64,000 nt of DNA from Eledone cirrhosa. Its lineage: Eukaryota. Position 1 is the first letter of the stretch. Each line of letters begins with the position of its first letter. Below are positions 1 through 12,184 of the stretch, piece by piece. The stretch lies in the NCBI GenBank assembly GCA_964016885.1, contig OZ024747.1:40424001-40488000 (forward strand), in the 5' to 3' direction. Under the pieces are notes generated by a model. The model made no database searches. It worked only from the letters and a program-made list of their open reading frames with translations, and was not told the origin of the DNA. The position numbers were made by a program, and so were the translations under genes.

Positions 1-92
1 TTTAGAGAAAAACCCCTTGTGGCCAACAGCGGTATTAGCTCTCTGAACTTTTTCCATCCTGCTCTAACTCTGGCTACTACCCTTTCAGAGCA
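1..92 (-). mobile_element. RTE LINE fragment
   Basis: Matches 45225-45312 and 6195-6270 (GWKKFRELIPLL segment). Confidence 0.75.
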
Positions 93-439
93 TATATATA
101 CGTATGTATGCATGTATGTATATATACACATGTGGGTGTGTGGGTGTGTGTCTGTGTCTGATTGTCAAGACCTGACAATTTTGTAGACTTTAACACACCA
201 TGTTAATACAGTCTCTTAAAGAAAAAACCTTTTGTCTGCTTATCATAATTGCTCCTTGAAAAATAAGTAGTGCCTACTTTTGTATCCCTCTGTATCCCTA
301 TGTATTTTCCTTTAAGTATAGTTTTTTCAAAAAATCCCCATTCTTTAAATCTATCAGCCAATGACCTCCACCCATCCCAATCACCACCTCCCCCTACCAC
401 CAGAAAATATATAAATACCACTATAACACATTGGCAGTC

Positions 440-491
440 GGCTTTCTTGATGATTTCTGCTGATTTAAACAGTTCTAGTCCTGTAGAAGCC
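440..491 (+). ncRNA. Decayed type I hammerhead-like motif (same repeat family as 8135-8185)
   Basis: ggcttt..TTGATGA-TTTCtgctGATT-TAAA-CAG ttctagtc CTG-TA-gaagcc; core mutated. Confidence 0.35.
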
Positions 492-573
492 ATTTCTATA
501 TTAAATATATATACTCTGCTATGTATTGAGTACCTTACTTACTGTGGTTACCCCCAATTGAACCCTGCATACA

Positions 574-628
<55 letters not shown>

Positions 629-764
629 TAGGTATATGATTAACCTGGATGCAGTAATGGTTAATTACTACACTGGATAGAGTTGACATACGGTGAGAAG
701 TTACTCAAGCACACAGAATTGTAAGCACACAGAATAAATTACCTTTATATATATATATATATAT

Positions 765-1109
765 GGCACATGGCTTAGTGGTTAGAGCATTGGCCTTGCA
801 ATCGAAAGGTTGTGAGTTCAATTCTCAGGCTGGGTGATGTGTTGTTTCCTTGAGCAAGACACTTTATTTCACATTGCTCCAGTTTACTCAGCTGTAGAAA
901 TGAGATGATAGGGACTGGGGTCCATATCATTCCACTGTAAAGTGGTCGTGGAGGTGCCACGGCAAAAAAGCACCCAGTACTCACTGTAAATGAGGTTGGT
1001 GTTAGGAAGCATCCAGCTGTAGAAATCAAGCCAGTATCAGTTACCGTCCCACCCTTGCAAGCAGGGAAAAAGCGGACGTAAAATGAAATGATGATGATGA
1101 TGAAATGAT
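765..1109 (+). mobile_element. tRNA-derived CORE-type SINE with RTE-derived 3' tail
   Basis: A box TGGCTTAGTGG, B box GAGTTCAATTC, core ccttgagcaagacactt...ctcagctgtagaaatg, 3' end shared with the RTE 3' UTR, (GAT)n tail; near-identical copies at 4198, 38634, 41572. Confidence 0.85.
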
Positions 1110-1134
1110 ATATATATATATATATATATATATA

Positions 1135-1690
1135 GGTAGAAATTCCATCCTCTGCTCCAAATGCATGCTATGGGCACATAAGAGATGTAGTGTAGTGGGA
1201 TCTCAGAAGGTTTAGCTAAGAATGTAGGCTTTATAGGTAGCAGTTGCACCGGAACAGGAAACACCAAACGGCCACAGGGAACAAGTGCTATCAAATTCTG
1301 GGAAAGCTCAGTAGGAACAGTAGACAGCTTCTGCTATCTGAGTGATTGAATTAGCAGCGGAGGTGGCTGTTCTGAAAGTGCAGTCGTCAGAGTAAGAACG
1401 GAATAGAAGAAATTCAGGGTGCTACTACCACTGCTAGCTACAACAGGCTGCTACTTCAAAGATGCATGCAGACTGTAAAGTGGTCATGTAGGCATTATGA
1501 CAAAAAGCATCCAGTACTCTCTGTAAATGAGCTTGGTACTAGGAAAGGCATCCAGCTGTAGAAACCAAGCCAAAATCGGTTCTGTATGAACAAGACATGG
1601 TCACCTGACCTGGCATTGCTTACAACAGGATAACTTGTCTAACCCATGCCAGCATGGAAAAATGGACGTTAAACAGTCATGATAATGATA

Positions 1691-1692
<2 letters not shown>
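1135..1692 (+). mobile_element. Degenerate, internally deleted RTE LINE 3' part
   Basis: Antisense match to 23300-23620 plus 3' UTR and (GAT)n tail. Confidence 0.75.
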
Positions 1693-1728
<36 letters not shown>

Positions 1729-1755
1729 TTAATGTATAATAAACAACACAATATA

Positions 1756-1831
1756 ATTACCTCATTACCCAAGGTTCCCCGAACAGGACGAACACAAGAG
1801 ACGTCCGCATTCATTCGTCGGATAAGGCAAT
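1756..1831 (-). ncRNA. Decayed type I hammerhead inside a Penelope-type terminal repeat fragment
   Basis: attgccttat-CCGACGA-long stem II-GGAA-CC ttg GG-TA-atgaggtaat; followed by the TGTTGTTTATTA motif also seen after the hammerhead at 56154-56213. Confidence 0.45.
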
Positions 1832-2172
1832 ATAACAGTGAGCTCACTATGTTATATTGCCTAATGAGGTAATTATACTGTGTTGTTTATTATACATTAA
1901 ATATTTAGCTCTGTTACTTACATAGAGCACTCTTCATTTCTTTTACTTTTTCCACGGAAACTTCAACACTTATAGATACATATATATATATAACAAAGGA
2001 GGTGTGGTAAGGAACCAGATGGACCATAACGCATCAGAGTACTCAATACTTAGGGTAGTAGAGTTGGTAATAGGAAAATGTTTAACCCCGACGGCAGAGC
2101 TCTAGCTATTTCTGGACATCCAGAAATAGCCGTCAAAACAGCTAGAGCTCTGCCGTCGTGGTTAAACATTTT

Positions 2173-2208
<36 letters not shown>

Positions 2209-2884
2209 TGCTGCCAGATGCCTTCAAAGATTTTAATATTAGAACTAAATCAAATATAAACAAATGCACAAATCAACATAACAAACCATTAAATAACATT
2301 AAGCATCCAAACAGCAATAAAACGTTATATAATATATCAGTAAATCTTTATTTAAATACAACAAGAAACAACAGATTAATATACGGTAACACTTATATTT
2401 GCCTACTCTATGAGCATAAACCAGAATGATAAAGGTGATTTTACATTTACTTCTTGTTCAATAAATATTCAGCTATAAACATAACACCTCTGAAGATTAC
2501 TATGAATATTAAACATTACAACACTTGCTGGAATGAATGACAAAATTATTTTATAGTTTTTTCATCTGTTTTCTATAACAAACAAGTAATAAAATGTTAT
2601 TTTGACTAAAGAAATTATTTAGCCTCGGAGAAATGGAAAAAGATGAGTATTGATGTACATGGGGAGTCGACTCTCATGTACGTCAATACTCATCTTTTTC
2701 CATTTCTGCGAGGGTTCTTAACCCCACTATCAGGCTAAATAATTTCTTTAATTTCTTTAGTCAAAATATGGCGATAGCTTACATTTCTAGTAATTTCAAA
2801 CCCACTCGCTGTTTCGAAAATATTCTTACTTGACATTAGAGTCGCTAAGTTTATAGCTTCTAATTTGAATGGAAAAAGATGGGT

Positions 2885-2956
2885 GATGTGTTGGTGTAAA
2901 TGGTAGCACAGTGGTCCGGATAACCAAAGATGTGGGTTCGACTCCCATGTACGTCA
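2885..2956 (+). pseudogene. 72-nt tRNA-like cloverleaf within a repeat (probable tRNA-derived repeat, not a functional tRNA)
   Basis: GATGTGT/GTACGTC acceptor with G-U pairs, D arm GTGT/GCAC, TGGT-ccggata-ACCA arm, T arm GTGGG-TTCGACT-CCCAT; no U33. Confidence 0.5.
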
Positions 2957-3050
2957 ATACTCATCTTTTTCCATTTCTCCAAGGGTTCTTAACCCCACTA
3001 TCAGGCTAAATAATTTCTTTAACTTCTTTAGTCAAAATACGGCGATAGCT

Positions 3051-3084
<34 letters not shown>

Positions 3085-3085
<1 letters not shown>

Positions 3086-3480
3086 GAGGGTAATCTCAAA
3101 AGTAAGGTCTCCAAAGCGATGGGGACGCAGAGAAACTGTTCGTACGGCTGTTGGCAACACTGTTGTAATTGGTGCTTCCTTCACTCCCAAACAAGCATGC
3201 GCGCACTTCGCTAGGATGCTCAATCTTGGCTTGGTAGCCGTTGAGAATGGAGCTCCTGTTGAACGCTACCGCAGCCAAGTGCGAATTTTGCGCAGTTATT
3301 ATATAGAGGGCAATCCCAAAAGTAAGGTCTCCTTCCGAGGAAAACATGCGTAAAGATCGGCGGATCACTCTGGATGCTCTCTGCATTTTGGTTCCTGAGG
3401 TTTCCCGAAGAACCATCCACAGGATTTTAACGGAAAAGTTGCAATATCGGAAGGAGACCTTACTTTGGGGATTGCCCTCG
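3085..3480 (+). mobile_element. Internally deleted mariner element / MITE
   Basis: TA-flanked ~28-bp TIRs CGAGGGTAATCTCAAAAGTAAGGTCTCC / GGAGACCTTACTTTGGGGATTGCCCTCG; residual HTH peptide DRRITLDAL...SRRTIHRILTEKLQYRK. Confidence 0.85.
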
Positions 3481-3545
3481 TATATATGTGTGTGTGTGTA
3501 TGTATATACATACATATATATATATATATAAATATATACATATAT

Positions 3546-4183
3546 CATCATCATCATCGTTTAACATCCATCTTCCACGCTAGCAGGGTTAGACGGTTTT
3601 GTTCCATTTGATGCGGGATTGGTCGCTCATACAAAAGTAACTCTGGCTGGTTTTCTATGGCTGGATGCCCTTCCTAACACCAGCAACCTTTACAGTGTGG
3701 ACTAGGAGTCTTTTTACCATGTCTCCTACACAACCACTTTACAGTGTGGACTAGGTACTTTTTGTTGTGTCATCGACGCAGTGAACGGAAATGGGAGGAT
3801 GGGGAAGGGTGTGTGGGTTGGGGTGTATATTGGATTAAGAGGTGCCTACTGACTCTAGGTTTGTATGCAAGGGAAGACAGGTCATCTGTACAACTGCATG
3901 GCACCAAAGATCTCGATCCAGTAATATCGTCTTAGTGAGCAAGGTCAGTTTTTATCACCTTGTCCCAGGTTTATCTTGGTTTACCCACACTGTAGCTTCC
4001 ATTAATTTTCATTGTTCTGCACTTTTTTATACAGCTGTCGTCCTTCATACGCATCACATGTCTATACCAACTCAATCTCCTCTCCAGAACACAACATTTT
4101 ATCCAGGTGACCATAGTATGTCCCACCATTCCAGATACCTTCAACATTTCAGCAACTATCCCTGAAGGCCCAGTTGCCTTGCT
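3546..4183 (-). mobile_element. RTE LINE 3' fragment with internal deletion
   Basis: (CAT)n tail at 3546; colinear with 44387-45020, then jumps to the 46230-46320 homolog. Confidence 0.8.
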
Positions 4184-4197
4184 TTATATATATATAA

Positions 4198-4545
4198 AGT
4201 ACATGGCTTAGTGGTTAGAGCATTGGCCTTGCAATCGAAAGGTTGTGAGTTCAATCCTCAGACCGGGTGATGTGTTGTTTCCTTGAGCAAGACACTTTAT
4301 TTCACATTGCTCCAGTTTACTCAGCTGTAGAAATGAGATGATAGCGACTGGGGTCCCTATCATTCCACTGCAAAGTGGTCGTGGAGGTGCCACGGCAAAA
4401 GCACCCAGCACTCACTCTAAATGAGGTTGGTGTTAGGAAGAGCATCCAGCTGTAGAAATCAAGCCAGAATCAGTTCCCGTCCCACCCTTGCAAGCAGGGA
4501 AAAAGCGGACGTAAAATGAAATGATGATGATGATGATGAAATGAT
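4198..4545 (+). mobile_element. CORE-type SINE copy
   Basis: Near-identical to 765-1109. Confidence 0.85.
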
Positions 4546-4685
4546 ATGTATATATACGCACACACACACATATATATGCAGTATTTCCGTAGGAAAGGTA
4601 AAGGAAAAGAGAGTGCTCTATGTAGGCTACAGAGATTTTTAGTTATGTAATAAACAACATAAGATAATTATTTCATTTTTTTTAA

Positions 4686-4716
<31 letters not shown>

Positions 4717-4853
4717 CTGAAAGAGTGAAGAATAATATGGTCAACAGTACAAAAAACAATTATTAATACTGTAAATAAAACCCTTTTTGTACTGTTGAGC
4801 ATGTTATTCTTCCGTCTTTCACTATTATTACTCCAAGATTAACTTACATAGGA

Positions 4854-4902
4854 ACTCCTGAGAACTTATATACTCGCTACGTAAAGAAACCTCTTGTTGA
4901 GT
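4854..4902 (+). ncRNA. Decayed type I hammerhead-like motif
   Basis: actc-CTGAGAA-cttatata ctcgc tacgtaaa-GAAA-C ctctt G-TT-gagt; G8 mutated. Confidence 0.35.
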
Positions 4903-5008
4903 CAAACAACCCCGTAGGCTAAAACTATCCATAATACGGAGTATTCACAACCTCTAACTGGATTACCTATAACGATAACTTGTTATCCCTTATACATATA
5001 TATATATA

Positions 5009-5344
5009 CACATTGCTCCAGTTTACTCAGCTGTAGAAATGAGATGATAGGACTGGGGTCCCTATCATTCTGCTGCAAAGTGGTCGTAGTGGTGCCATGG
5101 CAAAAAAGCACCCAGCCCACACTGTAAAGTGGACGTGTAGGCGCCACGGAAAAAAAGCACCCAGTACTCACTGTAAATGAGGTTGGTGTTAGGAAGGGCA
5201 TCCAGCTGTAGAAATCAAGCCAAAATCAGTTCCCGAATGAGCAAGACAATGTCAGCTGACCGGACACTGCCCACAACAGGACAACCCATCTAACCCATGC
5301 TAGCGCGGAAGAACGGACATAAAACAGTGATGATGATGATGATG

Positions 5345-5346
<2 letters not shown>
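5009..5346 (+). mobile_element. 5'-truncated CORE-SINE variant with a longer RTE 3' UTR
   Basis: Core segment followed by the RTE 3' UTR as in 10410-10675, then (GAT)n. Confidence 0.75.
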
Positions 5347-5377
<31 letters not shown>

Positions 5378-5378
<1 letters not shown>

Positions 5379-5696
5379 TGAGAAAGAAACTGGGTATAAG
5401 AGGGATAAGTTGTGGTGTGCAGGAGAGAAGGCTGAGATGGTATGGACATGTGATGCACATGGAGGATGACCGCTGGGTAAAGAAATGCAAAGAAATGCTA
5501 ATAGAAGGAAGACACAGTAGAGGTAGACCACGAAAAACATGGGCGGAGGTGGTGAGAGGAGACCTCAGATCGCTGAAATTCACCGAGGAGATGACGAAGG
5601 ACCGTGACAAGTGGAGAGATGCTGTGCTGAATAGGACCTGTTCAACCCTTGCAAGCAGGAAAAAGCGGACGTTAAATGATGATATTGAGGATGATG

Positions 5697-5698
<2 letters not shown>
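5378..5698 (+). mobile_element. RTE LINE 3' end (short-UTR subfamily)
   Basis: RRLRWYGHVMHM...GRPRKTWAEVVRGDL...DRDKWR peptide, degenerate (GAT)n tail. Confidence 0.8.
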
Positions 5699-5728
<30 letters not shown>

Positions 5729-5755
5729 GTATATATACATATATATATGTATATA

Positions 5756-7287
5756 TATTACTGCATGGCACCAAAGATCTCGATCGGTGACATTGTCTTA
5801 GAGAGCTGCAAGTATGCAAGGTTGGAATTTATCATGTTGTCCCAGGTTTTTCTGGGCCTACCTATGCCGTAACTTCCATCAATTTTAATCGCCCTGCACC
5901 TTTTTATACAGCTGTCATCTTTCATGCGCATCACGTGACCATACCAACGTAGTCTTCTCTCAAGTAAAGAGCATCTGATCCCTCTTATTCCTAATTTCTC
6001 ACTTAGTTCATTTATGTTTTGCCATTTGTGTATATTACTATTACACATCCAACGAAGCATGCATGCTTCATTCCATTCCATTCCAGTCTGCGCCGATCCT
6101 CTGCACACAATGCCCAGGTCTCACTGCCATATAACATTGCTGTTCATATACAGGCATCATACAACCTGCCTTTCATTTTCATTGAGAACATTTTTGTTAC
6201 CAACAGTGGTATAAGCTCTCTGAACTTTTTCCATCCCGTTCTAACTCTGGCTACTGTACTTTCAGAGCACCCTCCACCACTGCTGATTTTTTCACCCAGG
6301 TAATGGAAAGTGTCCACTATTTCTATAGAACCATCTAGGCAGTAGAAGGAGCTAGTATCCTCTGGGTACTTGCTACTTATTGCAACTGAGCATTGGACAC
6401 ATATAAAATCTACATTCTTAGATAGCTTGCCTGTGATCCTCCTACATCTTTTATGTACCCATAGTTTGCATTTGGGACATAGAATGGAATATCTACCTAC
6501 ACACTGAGCATGGCCATTTCCCAGAGGGCACCGGTGCCCTATTTTCCTTTCTACAAACTAGAACTTTAATCTTAGACAAGTTGACTCTAAGGCTTTTTGA
6601 TTCTATGCCATGCTTCAATGTTTGGAATTTCTGCTCTAGTTCAGCCATAGATTCAGCTATGAGAGTTAGATTATCTGCATATAGAAGTTCCCATGAGCAG
6701 CCGGTCTTAAACTCCTTTGTTATAACATGAAGGACAATAATAAACAGGAGGGGGCTAAGGACAGAGCCCTGATGAACACCGACTTTTACGCTAAATTCTT
6801 CACTATATTCATTGTTAATTCTAACCTTGTATAGCTCTTACAAGCCTAGTTTTCTAAGGGCCCACCAGATAATAGAGTGTGGCACTCTGTCAAAGGCTTT
6901 CTCCAAGTCAACAAAAGCTAAGTAGAGGGGTTTACTTTTAGCTAGGTACTTCTCCTGTAGTTGTCATACAATGAAAAGAGCGTCTGTGGTACTTTTACCT
7001 GACACAAACCCAAACTGCATTTCATCTAGATGAATTAGATCTCTGATTAGTTGTGCTATAACTCTTCTGTGACCTTCATGACCTGGTCAATTAACTTAAT
7101 GCCTCTATAGTTTCCCCTATCTAGAGCATCTTCTTTACCCTTGTAGCAGTTAATGATGATGCTGCTACGCCAGTCATTTGGTATAACCCCATTCTGTATG
7201 ACTTGGTTTACTATCCGGGTGACCATAGTATGTCCCACCATCCAGATACCTTCAACATCTCAGCAACTATTTCCGAAGGCCAGACCC
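5756..7287 (-). mobile_element. RTE LINE RT / C-terminal fragment
   Basis: NYRGIKL, KAFD, ELLYADNL, RRLRWYGHV peptides with stops and frameshifts; colinear with 44800-46325. Confidence 0.88.
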
Positions 7288-7465
7288 AGCAGCCTTGCCT
7301 GTCTTCATATATATATACATATATATATATATATGTATATATAAATATGAATATGTATATATATATATGTATATGTATATATATGTATATATATATATAT
7401 ATGTGAGTGTATATGTGTGTATATGTGTGTATATATGTATATATACATGCGTGTGTGTGTGTGTT

Positions 7466-7516
<51 letters not shown>

Positions 7517-7519
7517 GTA

Positions 7520-7562
<43 letters not shown>

Positions 7563-7605
7563 ATATGTGTATATGTGTGTATATGTGTGTATGTATGTGT
7601 GTATG

Positions 7606-7643
<38 letters not shown>

Positions 7644-7700
7644 CACATGTCTGTATATATATATATATATATATATAAATGTGTCTGTGTGTATGTGAAT
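7287..7700. repeat. (TA)n/(TG)n compound microsatellite
   Basis: Read directly; source of the YIYI ORFs. Confidence 0.95.
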
Positions 7701-8134
7701 GTATCTGTTGACACCTGGAATATAGCTTAAGAGAAATATGACAATAATGATATGATAGGCACCCAATATTTTGAACTGGTTTATAGAATTCTCTTGGCCT
7801 TTGTCACTCTAAGTAGAACTTTAAAGAATTAGCTTTTAAAGAATTTCTCTTTTCTTTAAATCCATCAACCATGACCGACCCCCAACCATCTTATTGACAC
7901 CTGAAATATAGGAATTGTTAGCTTAAGGGAAACTTAAAAATAAGGAGTGGCACCCCATTCTGAACTTGTTTATCTTTCTGCCTTTGTCACTCTAAATATA
8001 AATTATAGCCTTAAAGAATTAGCTTTTAATGAATTCCCTTTTCTTTCAACCAATGACCTCCACCCATCCCACTCCCCACCCTCTCCTACCACCTGAAAAG
8101 ATATAAATACCACAACATTTATTTTTGGAAAGCC

Positions 8135-8185
8135 AGATTCCTGATGATTTCTAAGAAATCAAACAGTTCTAGTCCTGTAGAATCT
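8135..8185 (+). ncRNA. Hammerhead-like motif with G12 substituted
   Basis: agattc-CTGATGA-TTTC taa GAAAT-CAAA-CAG ttctagtc CTG-TA-gaatct; stem I covaries with the 440-491 copy. Confidence 0.45.
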
Positions 8186-8199
8186 CATCTATATTAAAA

Positions 8200-8284
<85 letters not shown>

Positions 8285-8890
8285 TATAAGTTTGAAGAAC
8301 AGTCAGACAAAATATATCCAATTCTTTTCCTCCTTAGTCTGTAGAAATCAACTAGATAAATAATCATTTAAATGGAGCTAAGTTTAAAATGTAACTTTGA
8401 AGAAATAACAGATAAATGTCACAGACTTTCCTTTGTCAGGAACAGTCCAATAAAATTTACCTAGCTTTTCCTCTTAGTCCGTAGAAATTAACTGACAAAT
8501 AATCAATTAAACGGAGCTAAGTCTAAAATGTAAGTTTGAAATAAAAAAAATGTATATAAACTTTACCAGAATTCTTCTAGACCCGTCTATCGATAGTTTC
8601 GCTTGTACTTTGTGGATATATCTAATCGTAGTGTTATCCATGAGGCTTCGAGCTTTTGAAGAGACTCCCTCAGTTAGGACTAAAGTTTCTAAAGTGATCA
8701 CCACCAGTAACAATTTAAAAAAGGGGTGAAAAACATCACGTGGCTAGCGGTCAAAGTAGAAGAGTTATGAAGGGTAGGCTGGATGGCGGGTAATTTCATT
8801 GCTAGAAAAAGCAGTTAGTTACTGCCTAGGATTTACTCAACTGTATAGAATAAATTCATAAGGACATATATGTATATATGTATATATATA

Positions 8891-10129
8891 CAGCATGTGG
8901 ACAATATTTGTTCGCAATTTTCAACTGCTAATTTTATGCAAATTTTTTTTACTTCCGTTGTCACTCTTGTCTTCATAAAAACAATGACTATATTTCCATT
9001 ATTTATTTTCAGAATAATTGATTATGAATAATTTTCAACCTCCAAATCTGTGGAAGAGACACGGAGTTCTTCTTGGAATAAGCGCCGGGCGGACAAATAA
9101 GGAAATTTCAGACTTTCTCAGCATCAGCAAGAGAATGGTGGAAAAGGTCAGAAAGGAATTGGAAGATTCAGGATTCGACTACAAAGAAACATCAGAGAGG
9201 AAAACACATGATCGACAATCTGACATCTTCAGAATGCCTGAATTCGTCGCTGAAGTTCAGGATACGTGCCATTGCAAGGGAGAAAGGCGTGGATGAGAAG
9301 CTCATTAGGCTGGTGGTACATGAAGACATTCGCTATGTTTCATACAAGATGAGGAAAGGACAATTTCTGTCAAAGGCGATGCAAGTTGAAACACCCACTG
9401 GAGCCAGACATGATGTGGTTTTTCTCCAAAGAGAAAAACTTCTGCCAAGACCAGAAGATCAACTCCTAGAACAACAGGTGGCTCACTGTCTCATTCAAAG
9501 ACGTGCCCAGAGTCATGCAGACAAAGTTTCCAGTGACAACATTGGTCTTAGGTGTCGTCAGCAGTCAAGGTGACGTCATACCACCTCACTTCTTCCCTGA
9601 GGGCCTCAAGCTGAACACCGATGGCTACATCCGTGTTCTGGGCAAGGTAGTAAAGCCCTGGATCGACCAGGTAGCTGCAGATAGGCCATACGTGTGGCAG
9701 CAAGACTCAGCGCCCTGCCATACCAGCCGAAAGACCCATGCCTGGCTGTCAGTGCAATTTCGTTGACCACACTTCACCTGACATCTGGCCTCCCAGTTCG
9801 CCTGACTGCAACCCCCTCGACTTCTTTGTGTGGGGCACAGTGGAACGAGATACCAACAGATCTAACTGCAATACGAAAGACGATCTGAAGGCCAGGATCA
9901 CAAGTGCCTTTAGGGGCCTAAGCCGGAGGACAGTGACGAAGGCCTGTAGCCGGTTCCGAGGCTGCCTTGAGGCCGTTATCAAAGCCAATGACGGGTTTAT
10001 TGAGTGAGATCGAAAGAACAAATCATGAAGACAAACTGATCCAAGTTTGATAAATATATCTTAAAAAATAAAACTACTGTGTTATTTTTTCATAGACAGT
10101 AATCTTGCAAACAAATATCGTCCGCACCC

Positions 10130-10131
<2 letters not shown>
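8891..10131 (+). mobile_element. Tc1/mariner superfamily, maT (DD37D) transposon, frameshifted transposase
   Basis: TA-flanked imperfect TIRs CAGCATGTGGACAATATTTGTTCGCAA / TTGCAAACAAATATCGTCCGCACCCTG; WQQDSAPCH and WPPSSPDCNPLDFFVW with ~37-residue D-D spacing across one frameshift. Confidence 0.88.
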
Positions 10132-10189
<58 letters not shown>

Positions 10190-10195
<6 letters not shown>

Positions 10196-10675
10196 GCAGA
10201 GCACTAGAAGTCGATGGAAGCCGTGGAGTGGGGAGACCCAAGAAGACCTGGGATGAGGTGATAAAGGCCGACCTTTCCCATTTGCACCTCTCAAGAGCAA
10301 TGACACACGACCATGACCTCTGGCGTCATGCAGTAATACAGAAAACCCGACCCCCCCCCCCCATAGGAACAAGCTGAAGTTGAAGCATATAGACAATATG
10401 CCCTCACACCCTCCCACTGCAAAGTGGTCATGGAGGTGCCACGGCAAAAAAGGACCCAGCCCACACTGCAAAGTGGACGTGTAGGCACCACGGAAAAAAA
10501 GCACCCAGCACTCATTGTAAATGAGGTTGGTGTTAGGAAGGGCATCTAGCTGTAGAAATCAAGCCAGAATCAGTTCCTGTATGAGCAAGACAAGGTCAGC
10601 TGACTGGACACTGCCCACAACAGGACAACCCGTCTAACCCATGCTAGCGTGGAAGAACGGACGTAAAACGATGAT
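10190..10675 (+). mobile_element. 5'-truncated RTE LINE 3' end between (TA)n runs
   Basis: GRPKKTWDEVIKADL peptide and 3' UTR matching 22537-23025. Confidence 0.85.
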
Positions 10676-10727
10676 ATATACATATATGTATATATATATA
10701 TACATATATGTATATATGTGTATACAA

Positions 10728-10816
<89 letters not shown>

Positions 10817-12184
10817 TATTGGTCTAATGGATTTTTTATATGGTTAATTATGCTAATTGGGAGAGGAAATGGTATATATTTTATCTGGTGATTCTATAGA
10901 CATGTTTTATGATATATATATGTATATATATATATATATATGTATATATATTTATGTATATATATATATATATATACACATATATATATATATACATATA
11001 TATATGGTGGCTGCCAACTCATTTTCGAGTACGGCCACTACTTTATATTCATGTAGGACAACCCCTTCTGATGCGCTGAACGAGTTTTAAAATTGCTGGC
11101 CTTTTGTAATATAAAATCATTATTAAATTCTCCAGCTGCCGTATCAATATGTGTCACTTGCAATTAAATTTTGCTGGAGATAGATTACCAAAGTTTTATA
11201 AGCAAGTGCTGGAAAAAATCTGCAAAATTTATAACCAGGTGGGGGCTGGGGGCAGTGATTATTCAAACCTGAGAGCAGGCTGTCTGAGAAAGCATAGTAC
11301 AGAAGAATAACGGTTTTGATTTAGGCACAAGGACAGCAATTTTGGGAGAGGGGAAAGTCGACTAATTCACCCCAGTGCATTACTGGTACTTTATTTTATC
11401 AATCCTGTAAGAATGAAAGGCAAAGTTTGGTGGGATTTGAACTCAGAACGTAAAGGGATTCAACTCTATGCTGCAAAGCAAGTTGTCTGATGCGCTACTG
11501 ATACTGCTAATCCTAACCCCAAAAAACTGCTGGTGTTGAAATTAGAATTAACATTGGTAGTGAGTTCAATGTTTATTTTATAGTTAAGTCTCTTGTCCTT
11601 CTTTTCTTTATTCTGATCCTGAGTATTTAGGATTAGATGTCTCAAGGATGTCCTCACATTGAAGGCAACAAAATTCTTTGTCATCAATAATGTGGTTTGG
11701 TTATGTATTTAAGAAGTTTCTGGGAGACAGCAATTGAATATTTGGTAATGGATGCAACAACTGGTGCACAACTGCTAGTACAATTTATGGCATATTAACA
11801 AAGCAACTGAATGAATTAGAGAGACTGGAGTTACTAACAGAGTAACTAAATTAGAAGTATCATCATCATTGTTTAAGGTCCACTTCCCCTGCTAGCAAGG
11901 GCTGGATATATCATCACAGACCAAGTCAGTACTGAATGGGAACCACCTATCTTACACTTTACAGAGTGCACTATTGAGGCAGCAGAACTAAGGAGAGTAT
12001 CATATCTTTGGCACAACTAAAGAATCCTAAATAATAGATTAAGCGTGTTACTTATGTTGAAATAGGTGGAAGATGTTTAGGAAACTGTTAATTCTGTTAA
12101 CACGAAAAGATTCCTCTCACTGTATGTAAAACAGATTTTGTGAGATATATATGACCACACAAGTGTTTCATTATTAGTATCTAC

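Noticed and set aside
765-835. Functional tRNA genes at SINE heads (also 4198, 12185, 38634, 39463, 41572)
   Set aside because: A/B boxes only, no closed acceptor stem, and they continue into SINE bodies
7200-7770. Many ORFs rich in YIYI/VCVC/THTH (also 10082-11090, 41037-41645, 51077-53216, 55080-56139)
   Set aside because: Stop-free translations of (TA)n/(TG)n microsatellites, not genes
8670-8712. Possible hammerhead on the minus strand (gtta-CTGGTGG...GAAACTTTAGTC-ctaac)
   Set aside because: Two core changes and stem I out of register
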